Assembly (NCBI RefSeq): GCF_036588685.1
Contig: NC_086382.1
Coordinates: 46,748,001-46,812,000 of the forward strand
Direction: 5' to 3'
Source of the DNA: Mytilus trossulus
Lineage: Eukaryota
Length of the DNA: 64,000 bases
Of this stretch, positions 14,001 through 26,649 are shown in pieces. Both the position numbers and the translations under genes were made by a program. Below the pieces are notes generated by a model that was given only the letters and a program-made list of their open reading frames with translations, ran no database searches and was not told where the DNA came from. Within the stretch, counting starts at the first letter, position 1; each line of letters begins with the position of its first letter.

Positions 14001-14202
14001 GAAAGGGACCATCAGATATGCTGCACACACATTCAGGGCTAAGCATACATTTTCAGCAGATAATCAAGCCAGCAAGTTTGAAGTGCCCAGTGTTATTCAT
14101 ATATCAAAACTGAAGGAAGCTAAATCAAATTATCTAGTCAATGGAGACTTTGAAGCAAGACTTTTCTTGAAAATACAGGAAATAATAGATAAAAAGACTT
14201 GA
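10815..14202 (+). CDS. BTB/POZ-BACK domain protein, BTBD17-like, with MATH-like C-terminus (3 coding exons)
   Basis: Exons 10815-11032, 12590-12688 and 13086-14202 are joined by phase-2 GT-AG introns. BTB motifs: FSDLILKVG..YYAHKIMLVTASEVFEAML and FDMFLKYLYCGSV..VLLLADKY. BACK motifs: SEYELWQEVERW and IRFSLM. Confidence 0.9.
11270..11393. repeat. Near-perfect hairpin (arms ~52 bp) in a BTB gene intron
   Basis: GCTATTATTTGAACTTGGAATT...AATTCCAAGTTCAAACAATAGC. Confidence 0.8.
11779..11965. mobile_element. MITE with GAGGGG...CCCCTC termini
   Basis: Internal CGGGA repeats; a related short copy lies at 4201-4277. Confidence 0.6.
12590..12688 (+). CDS. BTB gene internal exon (absent from the ORF track)
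   Basis: cacag|G AMLSEDRWKEATEPVVSLTEEECCVPVFDMFLK AA|gtatga. Confidence 0.9.
13086..14202 (+). CDS. BTB gene last exon (end of BTB, BACK, MATH-like domain)
   Basis: tgcag|G YLYCGSV... through to TGA at 14202. Confidence 0.92.
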
Positions 14203-14656
14203 GAGAATACTTTCTATTTATGTTTGATTTTAAAAGACTTTAGAGAATACTTGATTTCTATCTAATATAGTATGTTATGATGTTGTTGTTGTTCAAGATT
14301 TAGATCTCTTTATGTAATGTCTACCAATAGTTTATATATCAATAATTTATATGCATACATGTTTACACCTTTTAGTATATAAATTTACAAAATCTATGTT
14401 TTATATTTAGATATGTATTGTCATACAAAATGTAGATAAAATTGAAGATGGAAATGAGGATTATGTCAAAGAGACAACAGCTTGATCAAAAAAGCAGATA
14501 AACTGTTTTGTGTTGAACGAAAAAGGGTTACAAGATCCTTTTTTTAAACCCTGAAATTATGAGGAACTTTCTCTACAGAGTTACATTTAAACTAAGAAAG
14601 AACTATTGAAACAAGATATAGAGCCCTACATTTTCATGCAAAAGAATCATAAGTGA

Positions 14657-14890
14657 TTTTATGCCCCTGCAGTAGCGGAGGGGGCATTAAGTTTTACCCT
14701 TGTCTGCCTGTCTGTACATCCCAAAGTTGGTTTCGGTTTTCTAACTTTAGTTTGCCTCATCTAAATGTTAAGAAATTGATACGGAATGGTTATTACCACA
14801 ATACACAGATCAAGTTTGAATTTTGGTGGCATCACTTTAACCATTCTAAACTTCTACCCCTTATGAAATGGAAAAAATGCTGAACTTTTG
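14657..14890 (-). mobile_element. Truncated HINE-like element
   Basis: TTTTATGCCCC-hairpin-GGGGCAT followed by a CTGT microsatellite; this is the reverse of the HINE 3' end at 50165-50200. Confidence 0.55.
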
Positions 14891-16135
14891 GTCATGTGTT
14901 AAATTTTTATTTATATTTGAAAGCATGGATTAGTTATTGTATCGGTAACGATAAAATGACTCCAATGATAGAACTTAGTAAACTGTTCAGATTCTGTGGA
15001 TGTAAGCAACTTCTAAGTACATGTAAATTTAACCTTAACTAGCTTTTGCCTTCAACAATGAGCAAAACCTGAACAATGAAGAGAGCTACATCAAGTTGTA
15101 ATATGTTAAACAACTTAACTGTGATAACCAACAACTGGATTTAAACACAGACGGCAAAGAAAGACCACTACTTAATAATAGGCTTCTAACTTGGGACATT
15201 CACTTATGATCACTTATAAGGTATAAAATACATGTATGTGTCACATAATGGAATAAAAATAATAATAAACAAAGTATGTGAAAGTTTACTTTATCACAAT
15301 ACATGTACATGTAGTTTAACCACATTACAGATCTATTTCATGTCACCTTAAAAAAATCTTAAGATATTTTTGTGTGTGTGGAAGTTCATAATACCTAAAT
15401 ACCATTAAAAAGATCGCGTTATTTAAACCCACCAAACCAGGATTAAAAGTTTGTACGCCAAACACTTGCTTCGTTTCATAACACTCATCAGTGACGCTCG
15501 AATCAAAAAAATTAACAAGGCCAAATAAAGTATAAAATTAAGAGCAGAATTTGGCACTCTGAAATTCCGGAAGGTTTTGCCAAATACAGCTACATGTAAG
15601 CTAATACATTGCTGGGGTAGAATATCCTTGATATTTCGAAAATCGAAGTTTTTGTTAACAGTTAAAGATTTATAATTTGGCCATATAAATGATAATTCAT
15701 GTCAAAGCAATAACAGGATTAGATATGAATGTTTTGAGCCCTAAAGCAAACTATCATAAGACAAATAATTCACAGATTATAAATTCTGATACCTATCTGA
15801 CTGTCACTTACGTCTGCCCACGTTAAGGATTGCATTTCAACGGATAGATTTGTAAAAATTTCAATTTCAAAGGGTCAAACTCCTATTTATTATGCACCTT
15901 TTACTTCAGAACAACGAATTTTTGATTGTCTTTGCGTCATCACTTTTCCCTCTATATTGTGTTTAATGTTAAACTGTTCATTATTCATTTGTTTTATTGT
16001 CATTCATTTCATTTAAGTTGGCACTGTCTAATCGTGACAAAGAGTAAGGCCAGATATCATTCTAGGTACATGTAGGCTTATCAGATCTGAGCCAAGGTTC
16101 ATGATTCGTAATATCTAGAACAAACCACTTTTATT

Positions 16136-16175
16136 ATGGAAAACACTTTAGGATTAGTAATTTTATTTTGGACCG
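16136..16175 (+). CDS. Paralogue A exon 1, signal peptide
   Basis: MENTLGLVILFWT G|gtaagg; 40 nt, same length and phase as 30046-30085. Confidence 0.8.
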
Positions 16176-19100
16176 GTAAGGAATTTTCTTGCTTCACTAT
16201 TTTGATTTGCATTATATTTTGTTATTTGTTGTTACAGTGCTTATCCAGTGACCTTTGGGGTATCACATTAGCAAAGACCAAAACAGTTTACCAAATTGCA
16301 GTTAGATTTCTACTCCAACTAACTGATCAACTGGTAAAATATTTTAGCAGATTGCTCATGTGAAATGTTGTTAGTATGAAGTGAGTGCTGTAAAATAAAA
16401 AGTTATACTTACCATCCAGATCCAGTCAGTTCATATCTTTGTCAATCATTTCTAACACAAATAATATCTTACTATAGTATGAGTCACTGAATAAAATGGT
16501 ATAATTTTAACTTGGAAACTTCTATCATAAATAAATATTATAAATGAAAAGTTCAAAACATTGTTTTGTAGGTGTATATTTTATAGCTTTGTCTTCTAAG
16601 ATGAAGTTATTGTGCAATTGTGATTCGAATAACATTTTGTATACAAATTACTGATCTGCTGGCAATAAAGGGAAATAATTTACATTACAAATAATCAGCA
16701 AAATTTTGTTCTGTCTGACAAATATCAAATTTCCCCATTTAATTTGTTTGTAACATTATTTCTGTTATAATTTAACTTTTATCCTCTGTTCTAAAACGAA
16801 CAATGAAACTTATTTAATGATGAAAGACGATTAACAGCTGTTTTGCAAAATGTTGAATTGTTCAAAGTATAAAGGATTGTCTACCAAGGAGCACAAGATA
16901 ACTTATAAGCAGTATTTTGCAAAACCTTTCTAATTTGTGTTCTACATGCCCTTCAACTTCATACTAATTTTGCATTTCATTTTTTTTTATGAATCTTTTG
17001 TAGGCAAAATCATAAGCCTCGTATCATTGATTAAATTTTATGTGTACATTTGAACTCAATATAAATTATTTCCCTTTAATGACAGCAGATCAGTAATTTG
17101 TATAGAAAATGTTATTCGAATCACAATTGCACAATAACTTCATCTTAGAAGACAAAGCTATAAAATATACACCTACAAAACAATGTTTTGAACCATTCAT
17201 TTATAACACTTATTTATGATAGAAGTTTCCATGTCAAAATTAGACCATTTTATTCAGTGACTCATATTATAGTAAGATATTATTTGTGTTACAGTGCTTA
17301 TCCAGTGACCTTTGGGGTATCACATTTGCAAAGACCAAAACAGTTTACCAAATTGCAGTCAGATTTCTACTCCAACTAACTGATCAACTGGTAAAATATT
17401 TTAGCAGATTGCTCAAGTGAAATGTTGTTAGTATGAAGTGAGTGCTGTAAAATAAAAAGTTATACTTACCATCCAGATCCAGTCAGTTGATACCTTTGTC
17501 AATAATTTCTAACACAAATAATATCCTACTATAGTATGAGTCACTGAATAAAATGGTATAATTTTGACATGGAAACTTCTATCATAAATAAGTATTATAA
17601 ATGAATAGTTCAAAACATTGTTTTGTAGGTGTATATTTAATAGCTTTGTCTTCTAAGATGAAGTTATTGTGCAATTGAGATTCGAATAACATTTTCTATA
17701 CAAATTACTGATCTGCTGTCATTAAAGGGAAATAATTTATATTGAGTTTAAATGTACACATAAAATTTAATCAATGATACGAGGCTTATGATTTTGCCTA
17801 CAAAAGATTCATAAAAAAAAATGAAATGCAAAATTAGTATGAAGTTGAAGGGCATGTAGAACACAAATTAGAAAGGTTTTGCAAAATACTGCTTATAAGA
17901 TATCTTGTGCTCCTTGGTAGACAATCCTTTATACTTTGAACAATTCAACATTTTGCAAAACAGCTGTTAATAGTCTTTCATCATTAAATAAGTTTCATCT
18001 TTCGTTTTAGAACAGAGGATAAAAGTTAAATAATAACAGAAATAATGTTACAAACAAATTAAATGGGGAAATTTGATATTTGTCAGACAGAACAAAATTT
18101 TGCTGATTATTTGTAATGTAAATTATTTCCCTTTATTGCCAGCAGATCAGTAATTTGTATACAAAATGTTATTCGAATCACAATTGCACAATAACTTCAT
18201 CTTAGAAGACAAAGCTATAAAATATACACCTACAAAACAATGTTTTGAACTAATCATTTATAATACTTATTTATGATAGAAGTTTCCATGTCAAAATTAT
18301 ACCATTTTATTCAGTGACTCATACTATAGTAGGATATTATTTGTGTTAGAAATTATTGACAAAGGTATCAACTGACTGGATCTGGATGGTAAGTATAACT
18401 TTTTATTTTACAGCACTCACTTCATACTAACAACATTTCACTTGAGCAATCTGCTAAAATATTTTACCAGTTGATCAGTTAGTTGGAGTAGAAATCTGAC
18501 TGCAATTTGGTAAACTGTTTTGGTCTTTGCTAATGAGATACCCCAAAGGTCACTGGATAAGCACAGTAAAATTGATTGACAAAGGTATCAACTGACTGCA
18601 TCTGGATGGTAAGTATAACTTTTTATTTTACAGCACTCACCTCATACTAACAACATTTCACTTGAGCAATCTGCCAAAATATTTTATCAGTTGATCAGTT
18701 AGTTGGAGTAGAAATCTAACTGCAATTTGGTAAACTGTTTTGGTCTTTGCAAATGTGATACCCCAAAGGTCACTGGATAAGCACTGTAACATATTTCAGG
18801 ACATTATTTACATCCCGTCTAAAAACAATGCGGTTGCTTCAATAATATCAAAGACATATGATACATTTGTATTCACGAGGGAGATGATGTGTACTGACTG
18901 ACCACTTCCGTATTAATATAAACTGTAACTTCCAATCGGTAATATCTAATCTACATGTAGGCATAAGCATGCAAGACATTGCAAGTGCCAGAACACATAA
19001 CTGTACAGACTCAGTACTATACGGGTAATGAAGCTCGCAAACCAAAGGTACACCGACTGAGTGAAATAAAGTTTGTATATACTTTATTACCGTAAGCTTT

Positions 19101-22100
19101 ACATCATATGTGTAAACAAGATTTAACATATTATAACTGCAATAAAACATGTAGACATAGAATATTGACTATTTTGTAAAATATTGTCTCTCATTTTATT
19201 CCTGATAGCTTATAAGGTATATAATTTCGAGTATACGAAATTGTGATTTCTGATTTATATACCAATATTCATAATGCACATTAATTCTATCTACTGTATG
19301 AGGTAGGACCTAACCTTGATAAATTCATTTTTTTCATCGGAATTCAACAAATCACCAAACTTCAAATCACACACATATCGAACAATACCACGACAACAAA
19401 TAAAATTGAGAATGAAAATGGGGAATGTATCAAAGAGACAACAACCCGACCATAGAAAAAACAACAGCAGAAGGTCACCAACAGGTCTTCAATGTAACGA
19501 AAAATTCCCGCACTCGGAGGCGTCCTTCAGCTGGCCCCTAAACAAATATATACTAGTTCAGTGATAATGAACGCCATACTAATTTCCAAATTGTACACAA
19601 GAAACTAAAATTAAAATAATACAAGACCAACAAAGACCAGAGGCTCCTGACTTGGGACAGTCGCAAAAATGCGGCGGGGTTAAACATGTTTATGAGATCT
19701 CAACCCTCAAGAATTCAACCTCTCAAAGTTTGCTACCATCCGAATCCTATGAAAATTTACAGACCAATTTGGGTCAGACACTAAATTTAGGGGGAGAAAG
19801 CAAGTTTTACGTGCATATAAATGTTTCTTACGGTTTTTGTCGTATTTAAACAGTAAAACACTCTATCAAAAAAACATCTGCCCAGTCTTCAGTATGAGTA
19901 GAAAGTTAGTTTTGAAAGATCGTAAGACCATCGGAAAAAGAACCATTTCATTGTCACACCCGGAGCTTTTAAATTTTAATGTCTAACCTCATACACGACA
20001 CTAAAATATAGGAATCATAGTGACAGGGATATACTATCATCTCGAAAAACTTATATTTAGAGACGTGATGCACTCATATTTATTTATGTGTAACGATATT
20101 TACCTGAGATCAACCCTAGTTTTTGGTGGGGGTCGTGTTGTTTATTCTTTGGTTTTCTATGTTGTGTCATTTGTACTATTGTTTGTCTGTTTGTCTTTTT
20201 CATTTTTAGCCATGGCGTTGTCAATTTGTTTTAGATTTATGAATTTGACTGTCCCTTTGGTATCTTTCGTCCCTCTTTTACTTCAAGATACCAAAAAGGG
20301 GGCGTCATTTTAGTTGCCTATTATGCATCTTTACCTATATATGTTGTATATTTCATCTCGACTTAGTGTTCCTAGGAGGAAATGCACAGAATTACTGCAA
20401 AGATGTAGATCCAACAGCATGTGGAGTATTCAAAACGGCAGACCCTAAAATGTGCGACAATCCGTGTTTGGCAGATCTCTGTAAAGATACATGTGGATTT
20501 TGTCGTAAGATTATTTATACTTCATCGGATTAATATATTCATATTATGTAATTGCAAATTTTGTTGGTTTTTGTTCCTGAAAAAGAATTGTTACGACTAC
20601 ACATTTAGCTGCACGTACATTTATAGTAAGATAATTTAGTTAAATAGGAACTTTTTTGTGTAGTAAACAAAATGGATATCAAATTTTTTATGGAAAAAAC
20701 CGGCTGACTTTAAAGAATGAAGTTAATACCTGTCCTCGCAAAAGAAGAATGGGTTGATAGTCGATACAAAGGGAAAATCATACACTGAATTTAGGAAAGA
20801 CAGACAACTCAATAACGGAAAAGAAAGAAAGTACAATACATGTATTTTAATACCTCAGAAATAGTTAGAAAGGCTATGAAAATACAAGTTTTCTCACTTT
20901 TTGGTAATCAATCTCTTAATAAGTGCATTTTATATCCTATACTTTTTTGTACAAAATAAGAAGTCAAAAAAACAACAGCAACATTCATCCGCTTTATGTA
21001 TTAATTTCTCTCAGCATTAATGTGTTACCACTGTGATAGTGTTGCCAAACCGGAAGACTGCAGTATCAAAGTCCAATGCAGTTCAGCTACAGAGGTATCT
21101 ACCATTTTTTTTTTTTTTTTTTTTTTGAAGTTTTGAAGTTTTTAAAAAATAAATATATAAATTGAGAATGGTAATTGGGAATGTATCGAGACATCAACCC
21201 GACCATAGAGCTGAAACCAGCCGAAGGCCACTAGTGGGTCTTCAACACAGCGAGAAAATTTAAGACTATTTCGTATTACATTTTCATATTGATTATTTTG
21301 TCTTTTTCATGCCGAAGTTCATTATCCTATTATATGACATGCTATCGTAAGATCAGTTTATCTCCAAAGTTTGTACGAACATCCGATGTAGTACACAGAT
21401 AAGCTATGTCAGCTATTAGGCTAGAGTACGTGGTATAGAATAAAGTTGTAAAAAATCACTGTCGCATATACAGCATTAAGAACTTACACTTCCTCTTGAA
21501 TTTTATTTATTCAAGTTTTATCATACTATAACCCCCCTTAAAAAAACAACAACAAAAAATATAAAAAAAACAACAAACTTACAGATATTTTTTTATATAT
21601 AAAAAAACACCCTCAACTCTTTTATTTCTTATTGATAGTGATATGGGGAAACGCTTCATAATCATGATAATATGCGATCAGACTGGAATGCACGATTCAA
21701 CAATTGAAGGAAGGTCTTTCATGGTTGTTTATAGAACAATGAAAAAAAAAGTTATTTGCTGGGCGTCGAGATTCTACAAGGCAGTTAAAATTTATCGATT
21801 CAAGTATAACACACACTCAATCAATAATTCTTAACTCTTTTTAAAATATTGTTTAGAAGAAATTATTTATTGTCCGGAGAAAAAAACACCAACAAAACAA
21901 AAACAAATACAAGACCGGACTAACACACATGAGTTGATACAATCTTTAAATATTAACAGAAAATCTGCAAATACACTTTTTTTTTCTATTTCGTTGATCA
22001 CACTAATAGAAACTAACCTTTTTTACATGTCACGGTTTTTCTTTCTTTTAGATCTGCATTGCAACCCAGAGATTTAACACACAACTTCAGCCAGTGTTTT

Positions 22101-25100
22101 CCTCTGGGTGTGTTAACAAAGCGGTAAGAGTATATGAAGGTGTTCGAAAACCATTTTTTATATTATTAGCATAGCGGTTAAAGAGATTTGAGAAATGTTT
22201 GCTAGCTGGATTAGTCAACAAAATTGCATTCCTGCTGGTGCTGTAACTTTTGATTTTAGCTGAAATTCTTTATGTTCTAATATGATAATCTATTTCTGCG
22301 AGTAGAAAAAAAATTATGGTTTCGGATAGTTCAACATCTCTGTGACACCATCGGGGACGAAATTCCAACAGCAGTTGCATCAAATTTGAATTTGGTCTTG
22401 GGAATATGTGTTTCACTGCACAAATTATCACATGTATCTAAATGTATTAAATTTTAGTATTTGTCCAAAGAATATGAATTTTTGCTTGAATTGAAAGTGT
22501 TTTATCGCCTTTTTATTCATGACCTGATGGTAAAATTGTACCATACCTTAACTTTTACAGGTTTGTGCGACGTTATTTAACTACGGTGGTACTACGGGGA
22601 AACGTGCTTACACATTACACGGTGGATGTTGCGCTACAGATCTGTGTAACGTACATGATCCCGATGGTAACTTTACATCATCTGATACAGAATGTAAGTG
22701 TTTTAGTATAAAACAGTCCCTGTTGGTCATTTAAGTCTTTACATGTATACATATTTAAGCACCGTTGATTTTTAAATGTTTAGGTTTGCGCACTCTCGAT
22801 GTAGGTTACTTCAAAAAAGTTCATCGGACCCATAGAATTAATAAAGTATTATTTCGTACAATGTATGTTAACTTAACATATAGAATTCATATAGTATGAC
22901 ATATTACAATGGAATGCCATTTTATGAATACAATCCCTCCTTTTTAATCATTCAATGCTTGTCCAGTTTTTGGAAACCAGTCTTTTTCTATCAAAGACGA
23001 ATCTGGTAAACTGACAAAGACCTTGTGTATATTATGATTGTTTAATTTAAGTTAATGCTGATGATGCACAAGACCAAGTTGTTCAAGCAGATGCCAATAG
23101 TTCTCCAGATACATGTGAAGATTTCGACCGTAACAATATTGCTTGTGGTATACTTCATAAACAAGATCCTGCTATTTGTAAGAAAGACTGTATTGGTAGA
23201 AAGATATGTCCAGAAACCTGTGGTACTTGTGGTGAGTTGGTTTTTTTTATAAATTATTTTTGAGTTGCTGTAATTCCCCCAATTTTTCTTTTTGCACTTA
23301 GATTTCTATCTTTAAAGTGGATCTTAAGATTTGAACTGCGGCCTCTTTATCAACAATGCTAGTCAAATTTATAAGCTTCATTTGTTACAAATTTTGAAGA
23401 CTATAACGTTTTTTAATATCATTTTGTAAATTTTAATGAAATACAACGCAATTAATTTTTATATCAGAGTTTCGGTTGAAGCAAGGATATTACTTTTAAA
23501 AAAACTCTAGCCATGCAGATTCTTAACCAATCAAAACAAACAAAGAAACAACCTCAAATAAAAATGTTAAAATGCAGCTTATGTATATATATAAACACGT
23601 GTTTCTATGGGATTTTAACATTCACATTAAGTCATATTCAGACATCATCTTTTAATAAATGGTATTATCTGATGTCTGAATGTCAGATCAAGAATGTATA
23701 ACCTCCTTGGTCAGATGTATTATATAATTGTGTTTGTGTTGAACATTTTAGTTCGCTGCAAAACGTGTCCAGAGGTTGATGATCCAGCCCAGTGTAATAA
23801 TATTACAATTTGTAAGAAATCACAGGTGAGAGTTTTATGTTTTCGTTTTCGTTTTTGTTTTATTTATTTTTTACACTTTTGTTGGACAATGTTTTCAGTA
23901 TACTGTTTTGCTGTGGCTGTGATATCTTTTAATTAAGATCTTTGTATGTTTGAATTCATATTCCATAACTTTTTCGAAATAACAGATATTGTTTTTTTTT
24001 CCATTTTCTGCTTATTCTCTGTTGCCATGAGTCTAAAAACCTATAAAACTTCTGAAATAGCAGAATGTTTCTATATATATTTATTTTAGGTTTAAATGTC
24101 CCAAATCTTCTTGTGATATTGTGAATTTGGACAGCTAACTAGCATACTAATCTTTTAAGAAATGATACAATATATTTGAACCCTTTTGTGTTCATTTTAG
24201 ATAGATGGAACTTCTAATATTAAATTTTGATTTATTTGGAAATTATGCTATATCATTTTGGAAGACTCCTGAAGGACAAAAATACATTGAAATGATTTGA
24301 ATGTTTTGGTTTAATAAAAACAGGAAAAGGTGGTATGAGTGCCAATGAGACAATTCTCCATCCAAATTAAAATGTATAAAAAGTTAACAATTATAGGTGA
24401 AAGTACGGCCTCAACACGGAGCCTTTGGCTCACATCGAACAGTAAGCTATAAACGACCTCAAAATAACTAGACTTAGTATATAAAAACAATTCAAGCAGG
24501 AAAAAACGGTCAAATTTATATAAAAAACGAGAAACACCCATGAACCACACCAACAGACAACAACCACTGAACAACAGGTTCCTGACTTAGGACAGATGCA
24601 TATTGATGCATTAATTTATATCTTCTTATTCAATGTAGGAGATTTAAACATGGTAAAATTCGTATTGCCTTTATTCATAATTCATTTAATATATAGATAT
24701 AAACTAGACATGTGTGACTTGGATGGAGAGTGGTCTCATTGACACTCATACCACATCTTCCTATATCTAATTACTCTATTTCATGTTGTTGTCTCTGTGA
24801 CTCATTCCACATTTCCATTCTCAATTTGATTACTTTATGATTGCAGTCCTGTTTTTCTCGTAACAAATTGCGTAGCGATTTTACCTTGGCACATGAACTT
24901 GCCTGTATGGATGATTTTGTAAGTACAATGAATTAGTTCGTAGGTACAAATACTTTATTTTTTTGTGCGTTGACATACCGGTATATGTCAAATGGTTATA
25001 CTATGTTTCACCCTGAAAATAATAAGAAATTGTAGATTTATATATATCATATATAGAAACAAATATCAGTAAGATGTCAGTTGCAACGCTGTTATGTTGT

Positions 25101-25939
25101 GGATTGTTTTTTTCTATAAACGTTTTATGATAATTATGTTTAACTCTAGGGCTTCTTATACTTTTATTTCTAGTTGCAAACACTGTTATACACCCTCTTT
25201 GTTTAGATAGATAATTCTTTATTTTCCCCTTTCGCCCTATAGCTGTTTTATTGTATAGTCTTCAAATTATTAATTATGCCATATCTTGAAAATATTAAGC
25301 TATTATGAAGGTATATACATTATATTGTATAGAATTTCCGAAATTTTCAAACTTTTAAAACGAAATATTAAATTGGTTTTGAAAGATAGCTATCTGCATC
25401 AACAATACCACTATAGACTCTTCACATTGGGTGAATATAAAATCATTCAGGCATCCAATTGTTTACACTTTTTTCTATTGTGTCTTTTGGTTGCAAGTTA
25501 CAAAGAGCAAAACTACCATAGTACTGAAACATGCCCAGTTTGAGGTATAATGCTTTGTCCTACAAAAAACCATTATTCAACCAAACACTTTTTACAAACT
25601 TAATTTAAATGAAAACAAAACAAAACAAAACATCCATTAAACCAGAAGATACATGTAAAACTCAATACACAAAACACAACATATTAAAATAAAGACTAAG
25701 CAACACGAAACCCACTAACAAAATTGGGTGATATGTTCAATAAATCTGGGATGCTTAAAATAGAATGTTTTTAATACATCTCATTTCAGATATGTCACGC
25801 CTATTTCGGTGGAATAGTTGATGTTAAAATGGGTAAAAGACAGCTTGGTGGTAATATAAGGATTGGAGGGCAATGTTGTAAATCTAATGTATGTAATGCA
25901 AATGGGATGGTATCACCAACAGGACCGACAATTGGTTAA
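16136..25939 (+). CDS. Secreted ShKT-Ly6/uPAR-ShKT-Ly6/uPAR protein, paralogue A (~312 aa, 9 coding exons)
   Basis: Exons 16136-16175, 20367-20504, 21015-21094, 22052-22123, 22561-22693, 23052-23231, 23752-23825, 24847-24918 and 25790-25939. All introns are GT-AG and phase-compatible. Signal peptide MENTLGLVILFWTVFLGGNA. ShK ends CKDTCGFC and CPETCGTC. LU ends CCATDLCN and CCKSNVCN. Six exon lengths are identical to paralogue B. Confidence 0.88.
16235..18786. mobile_element. Nested pair of 1275-bp foldback transposons (~450-bp TIRs, TA TSD); inner copy 17292-18566 is inverted within the right TIR of the outer copy
   Basis: Termini CAGTGCTTATCCAG...CTGGATAAGCAC(T/A)G. TA at 16233-4/18787-8 and at 17290-1/18567-8. 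Outer span 2552 - 1275 - 2 = 1275. Confidence 0.88.
19400..19708 (+). repeat. Long copy of the ATAAAATTGAGAATG SINE-like repeat
   Basis: Nearly identical to 44018-44221. Confidence 0.85.
20367..20504 (+). CDS. Paralogue A exon 2, ShKT-like domain 1
   Basis: VFLGGNAQNYCKDVDPTACGVFKTADPKMCDNPCLADLCKDTCGFC. Confidence 0.9.
21015..22693 (+). CDS. Paralogue A exons 3-5, three-finger (LU) domain 1
   Basis: LMCYHCDSVAKPEDCSIKVQCSSATE / ICIATQRFNTQLQPVFSSGCVNKA / VCATLFNYGGTTGKRAYTLHGGCCATDLCN; 10 Cys. Confidence 0.9.
23052..23231 (+). CDS. Paralogue A exon 6, linker + ShKT-like domain 2
   Basis: ...CEDFDRNNIACGILHKQDPAICKKDCIGRKICPETCGTC G|gtgagt. Confidence 0.9.
23752..25939 (+). CDS. Paralogue A exons 7-9, LU domain 2 and stop
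   Basis: VRCKTCPEVDDPAQCNNITICKKSQ / SCFSRNKLRSDFTLAHELACMDDF / ICHAYFGGIVDVKMGKRQLGGNIRIGGQCCKSNVCNANGMVSPTGPTIG*. AATAAA lies about 30 bp downstream. Confidence 0.9.
24325..24600 (+). repeat. Interspersed SINE-like repeat (GTGCCAATGAGACAACTCTCCATCC family)
   Basis: Copies at 24717-24768 (-), 27357-27553 (-), 52465-52760 (-) and 58161-58210 (+). Confidence 0.8.
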
Positions 25940-26649
25940 AATCTACAAAACATCGGATAATGTTAATAATAAATTTATAAATTAAAACAATTTGTTATCT
26001 AGAAGTATACAAGCCAGTTAAAATAAAATAAGGAAATACTCGATCAGTAATTTTCTTAAAATATGACAACATGTTAAATAAAAGCATCAATAGTTTACCG
26101 CTGATCGATAGTCATTAATCTTATTGAGAGAAAACAAAACTGAGGAAACACATCACCTATAAGAGGAAAACAACGAAACAACAGAAACACTGAAGTGCCA
26201 CAAAAACAAATGCTAATAATCACGGATTTAAAACAGCCAAGTTTACCTACAGTCAACTGAGCATAAGATACTTTAACATACGCACTTATCAATTGAATAT
26301 TAAACTAGTAAGAACTTAAAACAGAATGTAATTCAAATGACGGGGATATCAAAGTACTGTCTACTAGGCAGATACTTAACTGCAAGCTTAAAAATGTTTT
26401 TCTGAAATAAACTTCACCTTATACGCTCAACATGAAAAGTTTTGAAAGCTACAAATAGAATTTCTGGAAGCCGAAATCTCAAAAGGGTTTAAAAAACCAA
26501 ATCATAAAAATACCGAACTCCGAGGAAAATTCAAAAATGTATATCCGTTTTCAAACGGTAAAAATGAAAGCTCAAATACTTCAATTGAATGGACAATAAC
26601 TCTCATATTCCTGACTTCTTGACAAAGTCATATGTAGAAAATTAAGAAA

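Noticed and set aside
16176-16363. Remainder of ORF 16136-16363
   Set aside because: Only the first 40 nt are exon; the rest is intron and transposon TIR.
20068-20089. Alternative signal exon for paralogue A (MHSYLFM)
   Set aside because: Weak donor and a short h-region; 16136-16175 matches paralogue B exon 1 in length, phase and sequence.
19316-20313. ORFs of 65-97 aa
   Set aside because: They largely overlap dispersed repeats found elsewhere in the window.
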